A model generated the notes under the pieces. It searched no databases and was not told where the DNA came from. It was given only the letters and a program-made list of their open reading frames with translations. Made by a program: the position numbers and the translations under genes. Below are positions 63,929-64,000 of a stretch of DNA of 64,000 nucleotides, in pieces. The DNA comes from Haplodiscus bocki. Lineage: Eukaryota. Where the stretch lies: positions 3,286,001 to 3,350,000 of the forward strand of contig OZ296652.1 in assembly GCA_965655095.1 (NCBI GenBank). Reading direction: 5' to 3'. Position 1 is the stretch's first letter; each line of letters opens with the position of its first letter.

Positions 63929-64000
63929 TTTGTTTTAAAAACATTTTGCCTTAACTTCCTGTAGCAGATATCGAAAGTGATTAATTTTAGCCTATTTCGA

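Larger units (their letters stand above)
54493..64000 (-). mobile_element. Decayed Polinton/Maverick (adintovirus-like) element in a USP37 intron, continuing beyond the window
   Basis: Terminus AGTATAGTGTG at 54493, subterminal inverted repeat, protein-primed PolB and rve integrase relics on the same strand, AT-rich compact ORFs. Confidence 0.88.

Overview
AT-rich, repeat-dense animal genomic DNA with spliceosomal introns. The repeat and Polinton ORF families look like those I associate with the acoel Symsagittifera roscoffensis, but that assignment is unverified. Two host genes lie on the minus strand. (1) The 3' part of a USP37-like deubiquitinase: 9 phase-consistent exons from 52237 to 20671, with two UIMs and a His box; the Cys-box exons lie beyond the window. 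(2) The first two exons of DCAF6 (15618-15396, 13775-13543). DCAF6 intron 2 (1-13542) is filled by a head-to-tail array (units of about 3.56, 3.41 and 5.44 kb). Each unit is the terminal fragment of a Polinton/Maverick-like element plus 1.4 kb of intron plus the last 38 nt of exon 2 with its intact splice donor. In two units a Polinton ATG is fused in frame to that exon tail, which is the most unusual feature of the window. A second decayed Polinton (terminus at 54493, pPolB and integrase pseudogenes) sits in a USP37 intron, and its integrase is split by a tandem dimer of a Helentron-like element. Both Polinton ends share an AGT(A/G)TAGT terminus, a hairpin and an identical 13-mer. Most ORFs in the supplied track are spurious.
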